Shown piece after piece: positions 63,551 through 64,000 of a DNA stretch of 64,000 nt. The DNA comes from Moniliella sp. 'wahieum' (Eukaryota). The position numbers were made by a program, and so were the translations under genes. The stretch's first letter is position 1. Each line of letters starts with the position of its first letter. Where the stretch lies: positions 1 through 64,000 of the forward strand of contig RSEE01000152.1 in the NCBI GenBank assembly GCA_003971905.1. Reading direction: 5' to 3'. The notes beneath the pieces were generated by a model that had not been told where the DNA came from, did no database searches, and saw only the letters and a list, made by a program, of their open reading frames with translations.

Positions 63551-64000
63551 CGCATACAAACCGCCTTGCGCAATCTTTCTTTCTTTCTTTCTTTCTCTTG
63601 CATTCATTTAGTTGTGGACGCGTGTTGCACCACGCGTCCACGGGTGGCGCAGGGTGGTAGGGGAGGAAGGCCAAGCATCACATGTCACACCCATAGCTGT
63701 GCGTGGGATTACATGGTTACATGGTTACACCCAGCACGCACCACGCGTCACCTCATCGGGGCATACGACCAACGTTGGACCAAGATCTGGGCAGCTACCA
63801 CGCCAGCACACACACACACGTGTCCACCCCGAGCGAGCGGTAAAGAGTACGAGCGTCCTGCGGTGGGAGGTGAGTCCATGCACGCACCTCGCCCTGCACC
63901 CAGGCACGCCAGCTGCGCCGTGGGTCCCGCGCCAGCCCCTCGTCCCCCCATGCATCGTCGTCCGGCTGAGAGAGCGGGAGTAGGAGCGCATCCGTGTCTG

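Noticed and set aside
63304..63674. His-Pro, Pro-Ile or Met-Gly repeat proteins
   Set aside because: Translations of the (GGGAAT/GGGGAT)n microsatellite in probable UTR or intergenic DNA.

Overview
GC-rich eukaryotic DNA from a fungus. Spliceosomal introns have GTACGT/GTAAGT donors, CTRAC branch points and YAG acceptors, and the protein features suggest a basidiomycete, probably Ustilaginomycotina (inference). Almost every conserved gene is split over several frames by 1-bp indels, which is best explained by an unpolished long-read assembly, so CDS coordinates are spans and approximate. Housekeeping genes, left to right: POP5, TIP41, KAR3 kinesin-14, SRC1/HEH1 LEM protein, NDUFAF7/MidA, Derlin, glucose-6-phosphate 1-epimerase, a RhoGAP, BAP31/YET, importin-7/8 (NMD5/SXM1), KRE6/SKN1, PRMT5/HSL7, VPS36 and a YPP-repeat vWA protein. 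Three things stand out. (1) Two intronless paralogues each encode five tandem, divergent ubiquitin-like domains. They were duplicated with their promoters as an inverted pair around an ~18-kb gene block. One copy keeps a GG|M internal junction and a C-terminal GG plus 4-aa extension (ISG15/FAT10-like modifier architecture); the other has lost both diglycines. (2) The PRMT5 orthologue has substitutions at key active-site residues (F327 and E444 equivalents). (3) A ~13-kb lower-GC island of decayed retro- and DNA-transposons (22.4-35.9 kb) holds no recognisable host gene, carries orphan ORFs and is a candidate centromere.
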